Source of the DNA: Thalia democratica
Lineage: Eukaryota
Direction: 5' to 3'
Assembly (NCBI GenBank): GCA_965202585.1
Contig: OZ241829.1
Span: forward strand, 4,960,001-5,024,000
DNA length: 64,000 nt
Each line of letters starts with the position of its first letter. Within the stretch, counting starts at the first letter, position 1. A model generated the notes under the pieces. That model had not been told where the DNA came from. It searched no databases and saw only the letters and a program-made list of their open reading frames with translations. This document shows positions 16,401 to 31,400 of this stretch, in pieces. The position numbers and the translations under genes are program-made.

Positions 16401-19400
16401 ATGTATTAATATACAGTTTCTTTTGATAGAATTTTTCTATGTATACTTAAACTAAGACAGTTTTTTGATTAAAAAATCTTTTTAGTTAATTATTATGTTA
16501 ACAATTTTAGTTTAGCCCTTTAAGAAAATTCAAAATAACAAAATAATACTTAAATTTAAAATTAAAATAAACTAAGTTCCATTAATTTTGTTTAAACTTT
16601 TCGTTTTTGTTGTTGATAAATTTAAATATGACAATGTTGCAAAATATTAAACTTTATGAAAAGACGACACAAAAAACTTCATATTTCAGTACGACTATGT
16701 TCGAGAACACGAGAAAACGAAGGCTAAGAATCGTTATGACGTAACAAACACTCCGTTGTATGAACAAATAAAAGAACATGATAAACAAACTAATGAGGTA
16801 GGTGTTTACAATTAATTATTTTTTATTTGAGTGTGTTTACACTTGCTTGTTTATACAGATCAAATACAAAGAAGACTTTGAGAATAACAGGGGTCAAATG
16901 ATTGGAGCCACTGTTACCATGGATATGGAAAGAGCAAAGGAACTTGAACCAATCAAAAAGCAGAAATATGAGGCTGATGCTATAGCTGCACTTGCTCATA
17001 CTAATGTGGATGCAGGTAATTAGATTTGTTAGATTACTGCTAACCCTAAAGTATTTTTTTTTTCAAATATATTGATGTTAAGCTTCATTTTATACCTTTG
17101 GTGCGTTATTTAATTACTTATATATATATATATATATATTCTGCAATTATATATACAGTCAGTAATCTACAATACCAGTAGATTACTACTGCACGTAAAT
17201 AATATTTGTCTTATACAAATATCTTAATATTTTATTTTAAGCTTTAAAAATATTAAAATCGAGTAAAACTAAAAACGAATATTATTTTCTGAGACATTAA
17301 AACTTTGCATTAACTTCTCTAAATATTCTTTTAGTTTGAAATACGTTTAAATACTAAATAATTATTTGCTTTCCTTATTTTAAATGCTTTAGACTTGAAC
17401 TAAGTAGAATATTAAATTTCACAGACGGTCAGCAAATAGCACATCCATTGAAAATGACAAACCAAGCTTCAGATCTTGTATACACAGCTGATTACAAGAA
17501 AGATGTTTTGGGTAAATCAACAAACGATCCAGCAATTGCTTATCCTGAACATGATCGCTTGAAGAAGATCCATGATGTCACTAACAAGGCAGCTTACCAA
17601 AAAGACAGCAAAGATCAAAATAAACACAATGTTTATCCAGTTGATGCAATGGAATTCGTCAGGGCTACAGAAGCTGCTAAGAACGCCAGTGATGTAAGAT
17701 ACTATCAATACTTTTATATATTTTTTTGTTTTATGCTGAATTTCAATTTTATTTAGAAACGATACACAAAACAACGTGGAGAGGTCATTGCTGCGTATCG
17801 TGGATACCAAACTATGGATTCCAGAGTTCATCCAGATGTTATCAGAGGCCAAAAAGCTCACAACCTCATCAGTGATGTATGTTATATGTATATCTTTTTC
17901 AAACTGTATTTTGTAATTTAGGAAGTATTTTGAACTTATTGTTGTTTTATGTAATTTTCTCTTATACATTACTATATAATACTTTTGAGTTATTTACATA
18001 CTCAAACTTGTTTTTATATTTACTAGAACCAAAAACTTAATGCGAAAATAAATATGTGTACCTTGTAAAGATTTTGGTGTAAATTTATATTTTCTACAGA
18101 TTGTGTACATGGAAGATTACAGAAATTCAAGAGAAGTTGTTGTTTTCCCATACACACTGACTGACCAATACGATACTACTCAGGCTATGCAGAAATTAAA
18201 GGTATATAACTAAATTTACTTATTTATTTGCTCAAAAAAAAGTTAAGATTTTCAGATAGTCTATTAGAGTTGAGTATTTATTAATAAATTTTTAAATGAC
18301 TGTTAAAAATAATAAATAATTAAGAATCTAAAAATTTTTTTTCAAAGTATTACATAAAAAATGTGTTAAAAGCATCACTTTTAACTTGCTATAAAGCTTT
18401 TAATAAAAAAGCTTCATAACTAAAAACACTTTAGTCGCTAAATCAAATAACTTCATACTATCCAGATTGCTGAGATTTTAACTTAAGCACATTTATAATC
18501 AAATTATAATTATAATGATAGGTAACATCTTGATATAGGAGCTTAACAAAAAATTGATTTCGTTTTTTTTTGCTGCTGTATCGTTTCACAGTGATCGACT
18601 ACTGTTTATTTTTTTAACAAAATAAAAAAAGTAATTTTATGATTTTTGGAAACTACTTTGTAGATAATAATAAGCATTCAATATTAATAAAAAAAATCCG
18701 GGTTAGCATGTACTGCATTGTTGCAAACCGTTAGACTTTTTTTGCCAAAAGAGCTTAATCAACTACAAAATTACTCATTAAAGCTTAATTTGTTTATATA
18801 CGGAGGTTACATAAGTAATGTTCCAGTTCCGTAGAACAACGCATCAATGCTTATTAATAAATTTTGGTTTTTAATACGCCAATAGCCTGCTTGTATTTTA
18901 TACGAAAAAAGTTTTTTAAGTTTTCTAAAAGTAGTGCTAATACTTTCCTATATGGTGTAACCGTATAACTGTTAAATGATTGATAGTACTATGCAAACTT
19001 AATATCTTGTAATTAAAAAAAAAAGTTTTACGGCTAGAAACTTAATTTTCTTTAAGTGTACTTAAAACAAAACGTTTTATTTTTCAGTACGACTACGTCT
19101 ACGACCACGAAAAAACGAAGGCAAAGAACAGGTACAATGTAGTAGAGACTCCGTTGTATGACCAAATTAAGGAACATGATAAACAGACCAACGATGTAAG
19201 TTTTATTATGCAACATAATTTTATTTTTTGAAACAATCACTCTAATCAAAATCGTAAATAATAGATTAAATACAAAGAAGAGTTTGAGAACAATAGGGGT
19301 CAAATGATTGGTACAACTGTTACCTTGGATATGGAAAGAGCAAAGGAACTTGAACCAATCAAAAAGCAGAAATATGAGGCTGATGCTAAAGCTGCACTTG

Positions 19401-22400
19401 CTCATACTAATGTTGATGCAGGTTAGTTAGAAAAAGTTTAAAAAATTACTTAATTGAATAACCAATCAATTTGTTGTTGATAATATTTAATTTTATAGAG
19501 GGTCAAGTCATTGCACATGCTCTGAACATGACAAACCAAGCTTCGGATAATGTTTACAAATCTGACTATAAAACCGAGGTTCTTGGTACATCGACTAATG
19601 ATCCAGCAATTGCCTATCCTGAACATGATCGGTTGAAGAAGATTCATGACGACACCAACAAGGCAGCTTATCAGAAAGACAGCAAAGCTATGATGAAGAA
19701 AAATGTTTATCCAGTTGATGCACCTGAGTTTTTAAGAGCTACGGAGTCTGCTAAGAATGCTAGCGACGTAAGTCAATGTTAAACAAAAAGAGCATTTATA
19801 CTAAAAACAAAACCTAGTAAACCGAGTAGTAATATAAGTTCGTTTTACCTTTATTTGTACAACTATTTAACTAACCTACTATAATCAAGTTATAATCCTA
19901 CTAACTATAGAAACACTATACAAAACAACGAAGAGAGGTTATAGCTGCGTATCGTGGATACCAAACTATGGATTCCAGAGTTCATCCAGACGTTGTTAGA
20001 GGTCAAAATGCTCACAACTTGATTAGCGATGTAAGCATTGAATCTTTGTTTTTAGTTAGTGTACTTAATATTTATTAAACGAGTAAACTTTACAGATTGT
20101 ATACATGGAAGATTATAGAAACTCAAAAGAAGTTGTTATCTTCCCGTATACATTGACAGATCACTATGATAATACTCAAGCTATGCAGAAACTCAAGGTA
20201 GACTTTTTACTAAATGATCTATTAAAAATTAAATCAAAACTAAGTTCATTCTGAACAGGGTTTTATTATAAGTTTTAGAATGAATAAATTGTAAGTTCAG
20301 CCTTAAAAACTAAGCAATAAATAATCCAGAATGTTTATATTACTTTTTCAACTAAGTTATAACTACATTCAACTCACATTAGAGAAAAATCATAGGTTTT
20401 AAAATAGTACCAGTTTTATAACAGTTTTATTTTTGAAAAACTATTTAAATAATATAATTTAGGAACACTTTAAAATAAGAAAAAAAAAGGAACTCTTAAA
20501 AAACCACGATATAAAGTTAAGTGTAAAAAAACCAATAAGTAGGATACTAGTTTTGATATTTAAAGAAAAAATAATTCTATATATTTTTTTTCAGTACGAC
20601 TATGTCCACGACTACGAAAAAACGAAGGCAAAGAACAGGTACTTTGTAACAGAGACTCCGTTGTATGAGCAAATAAAGGAACACGATAATCAGACTAATG
20701 ATGTAAGTTTATCAGCAAATACTTTTTTTACTTGTATTTTTAATAATTAAAACACATGTTTTTAGATTAAATACAAAGAAGAGTTTGAGAACAATAGGGG
20801 TAAAATGATTGGTACAACTGTTACCATGGATATGGAAAGAGCAAAGGAACTTGAACCAATCAAAAAGCAGAAATATGAGGCTGATGCTAAAGCTGCACTT
20901 GTTCATACTAATGTGGATGCAGGTTTGTAAACAGCTTTTTACTAGACTCTTCAAAAAATAAACTAATAATGAAATTGTTTAACTAGAGGGTCAAGTCATT
21001 GCACATGCTCTGAACATGACAAACCAAGCTTCGGATAATGTTTACAAATCTGACTATAAAACCGAGGTTCTTGGTACATCGACTAATGATCCAGCAATTG
21101 CTTATCCTGAACATGATCGCTTGAAGAAGATCCATGACGACACCAACAAGGCAGCTTATCAAAAGGATAGCAGAGCTATGATGAAGAAAAATGTTTATCC
21201 AGTTGATGCACCTGAGTTTTTAAGAGCTACGGAGTCTGCTAAGAATGCTAGTGATGTAAGTCAATGTTAAACAAACAAATCATTATTTCAAAATCTAATT
21301 ATACATAGTAGTATAAGAATTTTTCTTTTACCTTTATTTGTGAAGGTAGTCGTGTAGTTTATTGGAATAAAAAAAAAAAACCCCTACTTATAGAAACATT
21401 ATACAAAACAACGTGGAGAGGTCATAGCTGCATATCGTGGATACCAAACAATGGACTCCAGAGTTCATCCAGATGTTGTTAGAGGTCAAAAAGCTCACAA
21501 TTTGATTAGTGATGTAAGTTTTACATATTTTATTAAACTTAAAAAACGCTATTAAACTATGCTAGCATTTAATCCTTTTATCATTTAGATTGTGTACATG
21601 GAAGATTATAGAAACTCAAAAGAAGTTGTTATCTTCCCATATACATTGACAGACCACTATGATAATACACAAGCTATGCAGAAACTCAAGGTAACTTAAA
21701 TTCTTATAACTACAAATAAAACTTTATTTGTTATCTTACAGAATTTAAATAAAAGTTAAGTTCAATAAAAATTACTGTAAGTTATTTATATTTATTAAAA
21801 ATGTTAAGTCTAAGCTAAGTCTTGAAAACTTTTCAAAAATTTATTTAAGTGTTTAATTTACTTTTTTATAGAAATCAAAACTACTTTTAAATCAAATAGC
21901 GAAATCACAGTTTTCAAACTCTTATAAATTTAGTATATTTTTAATTTACTATATAAAACTAGTTAGTTTTACGACCCTAAAAAACATAAACAAAAGAAAT
22001 TAACCTTCTTCAAAAAAAATTTAATGAGCTACTAATTAAGCTAAGTAACAGATAAAAACTATAAAAAATAAGCGTGTTGGAAACTAGTATTGATCCATAT
22101 AAAAAAAAAAAAACATTTAATCTTTCAGTACGACTATGTCTACGACTATGAAAAAACGAAAGCAAAGAACAGGTACTTCGTAACAGAGACTCCGTTGTAT
22201 GAGCAAATAAAGGATCATGATAATCAGACTAATGATGTAAGTTTATTGACACAACTAACTTACTATTTGAATGTTAATACTTAAAATAACTGTTTACAGA
22301 TTAAATATAAAGAAGAGTTTGAGAACAATAGGGGTCAAATGATCGGTACAACTGTTACTATGGATATGGAAAGAGCAAAGGAGCTAGAACCAATCAAAAA

Positions 22401-25400
22401 GCAGAAATATGAGGCTGATGCTAAAGCTGCTCTTTCTCATACTAATGTTGACGCAGGTTAAAAAATATATAAAGTTAATCTTTTAATAATATTTCAAAAA
22501 ATTACAAAACTAGTATTTTTTTATGGTAAATTTGTTTAAAGAATATAAAATATATTAATGTAAAAAAGATTTATACTTCTATATTAAACTTTTAATGCTT
22601 GATTTTAACTCTTTAACTTTATTTTATATTTTTAAATCGTAGAGGGTCAAGTAATAGCACATGCTCTGAACATGACAAACCAAGCTTCGGATAATGTTTA
22701 CAAATCTGACTATAAGACCGAGGTTCTTGGTACATCGACTAATGATCCAGCAATTGCATATCCTGAACATGATCGCTTGAAGAAGATTCATGATGATACT
22801 ACCAAGGTACTTTTGAGATTTAAGGCTATGGCTGTTGTATGAGAATATTTTATGAATAAAGGTTTAAAAAATATTTCTAAATGAGCAGAGTATTAACTTA
22901 AAAGTTTAAGTTTACTTTGACTTCATATATACAAACTTATTACTTAACTTATAACTTAACAAGTACATAAGAGTCGGTAGTGTCAAAAAACATGTTATTT
23001 TTAGCTGATGTGTTGATAAAACAATTTTTTTGTAGAAGAACTACCAAGCAGAAGCAAAGAAAATGATGGAACAAAATATTTACTCCATCGATGCTCCGGA
23101 ATTCGCTCGTGCCACTGAATCTGCTATCAACGCCAGTGATGTTAGTTTTATTTTTTTTATTTAAGTTTTTTTTACTAAGAGACCAAAAATATAAATTCTG
23201 ATTATTTTAGAAACACTACCAAAAACAAAAGCGCGAAGCAATCAACGCGTATCGTGGATACCAAACTCTTGATTACAGAGTTCATCCTGAAGTTGTAAGA
23301 GGAATTAATGCCCATAATCTCATCAGTGATGTAAGTTTGGTTACAAATTTTACATATTTTTATATATTTTATATACTGTTTTACCTCTCGATAGACAATT
23401 GCTAAATTAGTCTGTTCAAATATTAGCTTTTTTGTATTAAATAATTTAAATTTTCAAAGGTTTAAAACCTTCGTTTATATAGCTACTTCTTGTAACAAAC
23501 GTATAAACAAAACAACTAAATATTTTCTAGATCGTGTACATGGAAGATTATAGAAATCGTCGTGATGTTGTTTGTTATCCTTTCACATTGACTGATTTCT
23601 ATGACACAACTCAAGATATGCAGGCTCTTAAGGTTTTATTGACTTGTTTGTATGTCTTAATAGTAGTTAACCATAATATAAGTACTCATAATAACTTTAC
23701 AGTACGATTATGTGAACGAACATGAAAAATCCAAGTTTAAAAATCGTTACTTTATGAATGAGACTCCACTTTATTCTCAAATCAAAGAGGTTGATGCCTC
23801 TACTAACCCGGTTTGTACTGTTTTTTATTTATTACACCCAAACGTTGTATAATTTTTAATAGAAGTTAAAATTAAACGTAAAACTATATTTGCTTTACTT
23901 TTTCAAACTAAGATACAAAACATTGCTTTTAGTATTATCTTGATGGAAAGAAGAAACTTCTATAACCTCAAAATTTTAACTTTTTATTGATTCAAATGAG
24001 AATAAAATAATTTTAATGCACTGCACAATTGATCCTGTCTATAATCCTATTGTTTTTATTCAAAATAAGTAAAGCTCATTGTACTTCTCAGCTGAAGTAC
24101 AAAGCAGCATACGAGAACCAGAAGGGTATGATGATAGGTACGGACGAGACGATGGAAATGACGTTATCGAAAGACCTCGCTCCAATCAGGAGCAAGAAGA
24201 TCTACGAAGCCGAAGCCAAGGCTGCATTGCCTCATCATAATGTTGATGCAGGTTTGAACAATGCTAAAAATGTGCTGAAACAGCTAGTCATCAGTGGCGA
24301 CGTATTAAGACGTTGTGAGGAGTACAAAGCAACATAAGCTACTTAAATGAATCTCTCATACTTAAATGTTCTTTTTTTAGCAGTTGTAACATTTTAATAT
24401 AAAACAAAATATCCTTTAAGGTAGATTGAAATGCTTTGTATTCTTTTAATGTCATCTCACACCACATTTGCTAGTCATAGCGGAACTTTTACACAGTTGA
24501 CCTTGTTAGTACTTTTAATTGAAAAATTATTGACTAGTTTCCTAAAACTTCAATGTTTTAATCTCTTGTTAAATAAACCTAAAACTCTTTTCATTTTTAA
24601 ACATGTATGTACTAACAGCTTTATTAAATTAATATAAAGTTTAACATAGTAGTTATAGCATTTTTTATTAAAAAACTTCTTTTTTCAGAGGGTCAAGTCA
24701 TAGCACATGCTATGAACATGACAGTCCAGGCTTCGGATAACGTTTACAAATCTGACTATAAAACCGAGGTTCTTGGTACATCAACAAATGACCCAGCAAT
24801 TGCTTATCCTGAACATGATCGCTTGAAGAAGATTCATGATGATACTACCAAGGTATTTTTGAGATTTAAGATTATGGCTCATGTATATTTTAACAATAAA
24901 GATACAAAAAATACTATTAAATGAACAGATTTTTAACTTAAAAGTTTGAGTTAATTCTAATTTCATGTATACAAACTTATAACTAATACAAACACAAGAA
25001 GGGTTAAGGTCAGAAACATTATTTGTTAATTACTGATTTTAAAATAAAAGAAGTTTTTTTTTGTAGAAGAACTACCAAGCAGAAGCAAAGAAAATGATGG
25101 AACAAAATATTTACTCCATCGATGCTCCGGAATTTGCTCGTGCCACTGAATCAGCTATTAACGCCAGTGATGTTAGTTTGTTTCTTTTTATTTAAATTCA
25201 TTTTACTAAGAGACCAAAAATATATGTTCTGATTATTTTAGAAACACTACCAAAAACAAAAGCGTGAAGCAATCAATGCGTATCGTGGATACCAAACTCT
25301 TGATTACAGAGTTCATCCTGAAGTTGTAAGAGGAATTAAAGCTCATAACTTGATTAGTGATGTTAGTTTCAATACTATTTTTAAACACCTTTTTTGTAGG

Positions 25401-28400
25401 TATTGCTAACTGATTTACCTCTCAATACACTATTACTAAGTAAGTTTAAAATTTGCTTATTTATAGTGTTTATATTTATAACGTTTAATTTTTAAAAGAT
25501 TTTAAACCTTCACATATATATCCTCTTTTTGTAAAAAAACCATTAATTAAAAAAAAACAAACTTTCTAGATTGTATACATGGAAGATTATAGAAATCGTC
25601 GCGATGTTGTTTGTTATCCTTTCACATTGACTGATTTCTATGACAAAACTCAAGATATGCAGGCTCTTAAGGTTTTATTGATTTGTTTATATGTCTTAAT
25701 AGTAGTTAACCATACACTAAGTACTCATAATAACTTTACAGTACGATTATGTGAACGAACATGAAAAATCCAAGTTTAAAAATCGATACTTCATGAATGA
25801 AACTCCACTCTATTCTCAAATTAAAGAAGTTGATGCCTCTACTAACCCGGTTCGTATTTGTTTTTAATTTATTACATCCAAATGTTGTACATTTTTCTTA
25901 AAACAAACTAAAACTGAACCTACAACCAAATCTGTTTTACTTTTTTAAACTAAGAAAAATAAATGTTTATGTATTATCTTCTTTATTAGCTTCTATAAAT
26001 TCAAAGTTTTAATTTTTTTGATTTTAATGAGCAATAAAGTAATTTTAAAACACTGCACAGTTGTTTCTTTTTATAATCCTATTGATAGTTTATCAAAATA
26101 AACAAAGCTCATTGTATTTCACAGTTGAAGTACAAAGCTGAATACGAGAACCAGAAGGGCATGATGATAGGTACGGACGAGACGATGGAAATGACGTTAT
26201 CGAAAGACCTCGCACCAATCAGGAGTAAGAAGATCTACGAGGCCGAGGCCAAGGCTGCACTGCCACATCATAATGTTGATGCAGGTTTGAATAAGATTTA
26301 AAGTTAAAAAATGTTGAAAGTGTTAAATATTGTTTAAGCTTATAGGATTTAAACTAGTAGCTTGACAAAACTTACTAACTTGTTTTAGATAAGTTTTTAT
26401 AGATTGAAAATATACTTCAACTTTTTAGTTTAAGAGAACAAGTTAACAAACTTAGGTATGTTATAATGAGTTAGTTTTTTACCCTTTTATTTAGTTTTAA
26501 TTAAAAAGTACTCAACTTAGTCTTAAAAGTTAACTTTTTACAGAGGGTCAAGTCATAGCACATGCTATGAATATGACAGTCCAGGCTTCGGATAACGTTT
26601 ACAAATCTGACTATAAAACCGAGGTTCTTGGTACATCAACAAATGACCCAGCAATTGCTTATCCTGAACATGATCGCTTAAAGAAGATTCATGATGACAC
26701 GACCAAGGTAAATATATACAAGTGTTGGTTAATACACGTTTCCGTTAAGGTAAAATAAGAAATACAGTAACAATTAAAATAGACTTTCTGAAAAAGCCTT
26801 AATAAGAAAACAAATTTATATGTAGCTTATGCTGATTAAAATAATTAGCAAACTCTTAAAAAATTTGCATTAATTTTGATAAACTGCACACCTATTATGT
26901 ATATTTCAAATAAACTGTATTTTTATATAAAAGAATATTTTTTTTGTAGAAGAACTACCAAGCAGAAGCAAAGAAAATGATGGAACAAAATATTTACTCC
27001 ATCGATGCTCCGGAATTCGCTCGTGCCACTGAATCAGCTATCAACGCCAGTGATGTTAGTTTGTTTCTTTTTATTTAAATTATTTTTACTAAGAGACCAA
27101 AAATATATGTTCTGATTATTTCAGAAACACTACCAAAAACAAAAGCGCGAAGCAATCAATGCATATCGTGGATACCAAACACTGGATTACAGAGTTCATC
27201 CTGAAGTTGTAAGAGGAATTAAAGCTTATAACTTGATTAGTGATGTGAGTTTGAACACAATTTTATAAGATTTCATTTTTAAATATAATGAACTCATTTA
27301 CTTTATAATAGTAAAAATAAATAGTTAAAGTTTGTTATTTGAAACTAAAATACGCTTAGTAAACACTTCTTTTTGCATTGTAAAAATATATTTCAAATTA
27401 CTGATGCACTTTAAGATTGAAAAGCTTCATATATAAATAATTACTTATTTCAAACAAACATTTTAACATTATTTCAGAAAGTGTACATGGAAGATTATAG
27501 ACATCGTCGTGATGTTCTTTGCTATCCTTTCACGTTGACTGATTTCTACGACACAACTCAAGATATGCAGGCTCTTAAGGTTTGATTAAATTAATTGGTT
27601 TATTTTGAACAACAATTTAAACTATTATATTTGTTTACAGTACGATTATGTGAACGAACATGAAAAATCCAAGTTTAAAAATCGCTACTTTATGAATGAA
27701 ACACCACTCTACTCTCAAATCAAAGAAGTTGATGCCTCAACTAACCCGGTTCGTTTTGTTTATTTATTTATTTTACCCAAGCTTGCTCTTTTTTATAAAC
27801 TTAGAATTAAAACTAGTAATAAAATCTGCAATTGAGAACTTTTGCTAGTGTTAAGTAGTAAAACATTAATTTTGAAATTTATTCTTGTGAAAAAAAAAGT
27901 GAGTTTTTTGTACAAACTTGTTTCTTAATTCCAAACTTTAATAGCAAACAAGCAGTTTTATTGCTAACATGAAGTTTAAGAACAAAACCACTTGCTTCAA
28001 ACATTTACTCATCTTCTTCAATTTTTTCTGTACAGCTGAAGTACAAAGCTGAATACGAGAACCAGAAGGGCATGATGATAGGTACGGACGAGACGATGGA
28101 AATGACGTTATCGAAAGACCTCGCTCCAATCAGGAGCAAGAAGATCTACGAGGCCGAAGCTAAGGAGGCGCTCCATCATCATAATGTGGACGCGGGTGCG
28201 CAGGAGATCGCGACCGCCATGAACATGCAGCCGCTGGCGAGCAAGAACTTCTACAAGCAGGAGTACAGGGAGGAGGTCTTGGGCAGGGGTCCGGCAGATC
28301 AGGCGATCGCGTACCCGGAGCAGGAGAGGCTGAAGAAGGTGCACGACGTCAATCAGGAGCAGAACTACCAGCGGGAGGCGAAGAAAGGTATGGAGAAGAC

Positions 28401-31400
28401 GAACATCCCCATAGACGCGCCGCCGTTCGTCCTGGCTAAAGAGTCGGCGAGGAACGCCAGCGATGTTAGTTTTGATGATTAAAATCACTTTGTTTTAGAT
28501 ATATTTTTAATTTTATTTCAACTTTTTAAACACTAGCGTTTTAGTTTTAGACAATGATAACAACTGTTTGTTTTATTTCACCTACTAAATGCTAGCTTTT
28601 TGAAAACTCAATACAAACATTTTAAAACAAGGTTAGTTTATCAGAATAAATGAGACAAGATAAAACTTTACCAAAATATTTTTTTCAGAACATCTATAAG
28701 AGGAGCAAATGGGCAGCCATCAACAAGCATCGCGGTTACCAAACACTGGATTACAGAGTCCACCCCGAAGTTGTGAGGGGGCACAATGCTCATAATCTCA
28801 TCAGTGATGTTGGTTTCGGTTATACTAATAAACAAATGATTTTTTTTTGGTTTTTATTAGAAAAAAATAAGAGATTAAGTAAATTGTGCTGTTTTTAAGC
28901 ATTTAACAAATATTAAAGTCTAAAAGTACTTTGTGGATAAGAAGTATAAAACAGATAAAGATAACTAATATAAGTATAAAAATACAGATCGTGTACAAAG
29001 AAGAGTACAGGAACCGCAAAGATATGGTTATATTCCCGTTCACCTTGACTGATTTCTACGATCAGACTCAAGACATGCAGGCGCTCAGGGTAAGATCTAT
29101 AAATAAATTTAAATGATTAACTGTTAAATACGTTGTTTTTACAGGTTGATTACAAGAAAGAGAACGATAAGATGAAGCAGAGCAACAAGTTTAATGTGGT
29201 GAAGACCGACTTGTACGATCAGTATAAAGCTAATGATAAAGTCAAGTCGGATGTAAGTCACATAAAATAAAAAAAATCTATATGTTATACAAATTTGTTA
29301 CAGTTGAATAAATCATTATATTATTTTTAACTCAGGTCTAGTAAAATTTATAATTTTTTACATTTAGAACGTAGCCTGTTTTAGAAAAATTAAGTAAAAA
29401 AGATAAAAAAGCGAGCTCACCTGTTAAATCTGAGACATAAATTATTTACAAACTTACAGGTTGCTTACAAGGAGGATTACACGAAAAATCAGGGCAAGAT
29501 GCTGGGAACAGACGAAACGATGGAAATGAAACTTTCCAAGGAACTGAAGCCTATTATCAGCAAGAATGCTTACAAGGAGAAAGCTAAAGAGTTGCAAACT
29601 GATGTCCATCACGATATCGGCTAGTATTGTGCTTTAAACGATAAAAAAGTAACTATAAAACATTTTGTTGAAGTTTAGTAAAACATATAAAAAACAAATA
29701 GCAAATAAAATTGTTTTCATTAGAAACAAAAGAAAACTTTCTTTAAAATTTTACAATTAAAAACTTCATCATTTAAAAAACTAAATTAGTTTGTTTATCT
29801 TATTTTTAAATTTTAAATTAATATATATATGAAATAATAATGTGATAACTTTTATTAAAAAAATTGTTAATATCTTATCAAAAACTCAATAGGTGGCCAG
29901 GAGATATCGCACGCTATAGAGATGCAGCCGATGGCTTCGAAGAACGTCTACAAGCAGGAATACGTACAAGAAGAAGTAGGATCCGCTCCACAGGACGTAG
30001 CAATCGCCTATCCCGAGCACAAACTTCATAAAATAATGCAGAGTCTCATCGATAAGGTTTGTAAATGTTTTGTTATAGAAAAATAATTACTAAATTGTTA
30101 TCGCGCTTCCCCAGCACAAACTCAACAAAATAATGCAAAGCTTGATAGACAAATTTTGAAAGTTAATACATAATTTCTTTTAAAAAATAACCTTACTTTT
30201 ACGTTTTTCATCGCTTATCTTTAGAACAAAATTCACAAGACAACGCAAAGCGTCATCAATAATGTTTAATACTAGGGTTCTTCTTCTTATTATTATTAGT
30301 ATATTTTTCAGTTTTTCAAATTTCAAATTAAAAATTATGGTTTATGCATTTTTATTTTTCAAACAGCCTGAGTACATGCAAGAAGCAAAGAAGCTTTTGG
30401 AGGCGAACAGATACAATTTAGATGCAACTGCGTTCTCACACGCTAAAGATGCCATGGAAAAATTCAGTGACGTTAGTGTTTTATTGTCACTAAACAAAAA
30501 CTTTATGAGCTCTTTTTACATATTTGAGCTTTTTTTTTATACAATAAATGATTGAAAACAATGCAGTGATTTCGATATTCAGCGTATAAATTCAGCTATA
30601 CACGAAAAAAAATAAGCTGTACTTAGCACTTTTGATATATTCAACTTTGTATAAGAACAAAATATAAGTTATTTTAACAAAGTTTTATAAGTTACATTGT
30701 TTATTTACAGAGAAAATACAAAGAGGAAGGGTTGAAAATCCGAGACGCCAACAGAGGATTCCAAACTTTGGAAACCAAAAACCACCCAGTTGTAAAGCAA
30801 GGAATACATGCGTCTGAATTGATTTCTAAGGTGATAGATTATAAGTATTCATTACATTATAACGCTAAATAAAATGTATTCATATCTTTATCAATTTAAA
30901 ATTATTAACTGTGTAACAACTTAAATTACGGTTGTTTACAAAACCATTTAAGCTATTCTATTTTTTTTCACTTTAATGCAAATTGAATAGTATTACAATA
31001 ACAATTTTTCTTGCTCCCTTGAAGATTCCACAAAAATTAAGCTATTAAAAACTTATCTACTTGTAATTAACTGCTTAAAAAGCTATAAATTTTAAAAAAA
31101 ACTACAAAAATACAGCGCTTGTACGAAAAAGATTGGATAGAGAGTAAGAAGCAAATTTACTATCCGTTTATTTTCACACCAGGGTATGAATCTGCCCAAG
31201 AAGCAGCCCAATACCTCAGTGAAGTTCGTTTTGTTTTTCAAAATAAAATTTCATACATTTTTAAGCGGTACTAAAGCTTTTATATACAAAAAAGTATGAA
31301 AAAAAAATCTTAAAAAGTTAAAATTGTTTTGGAATTTTTCATATAAGTAATTACACTTCTAAATTTTCATTATTGGAAAACTCTTGCTTACTTCTTCTTA

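Noticed and set aside
16-27835. Repeated ~85-145 aa + strand ORFs as a family of separate small genes
   Set aside because: Each is one exon A (or other exon) plus intron read-through. AG/GT boundaries join them into a single frame.
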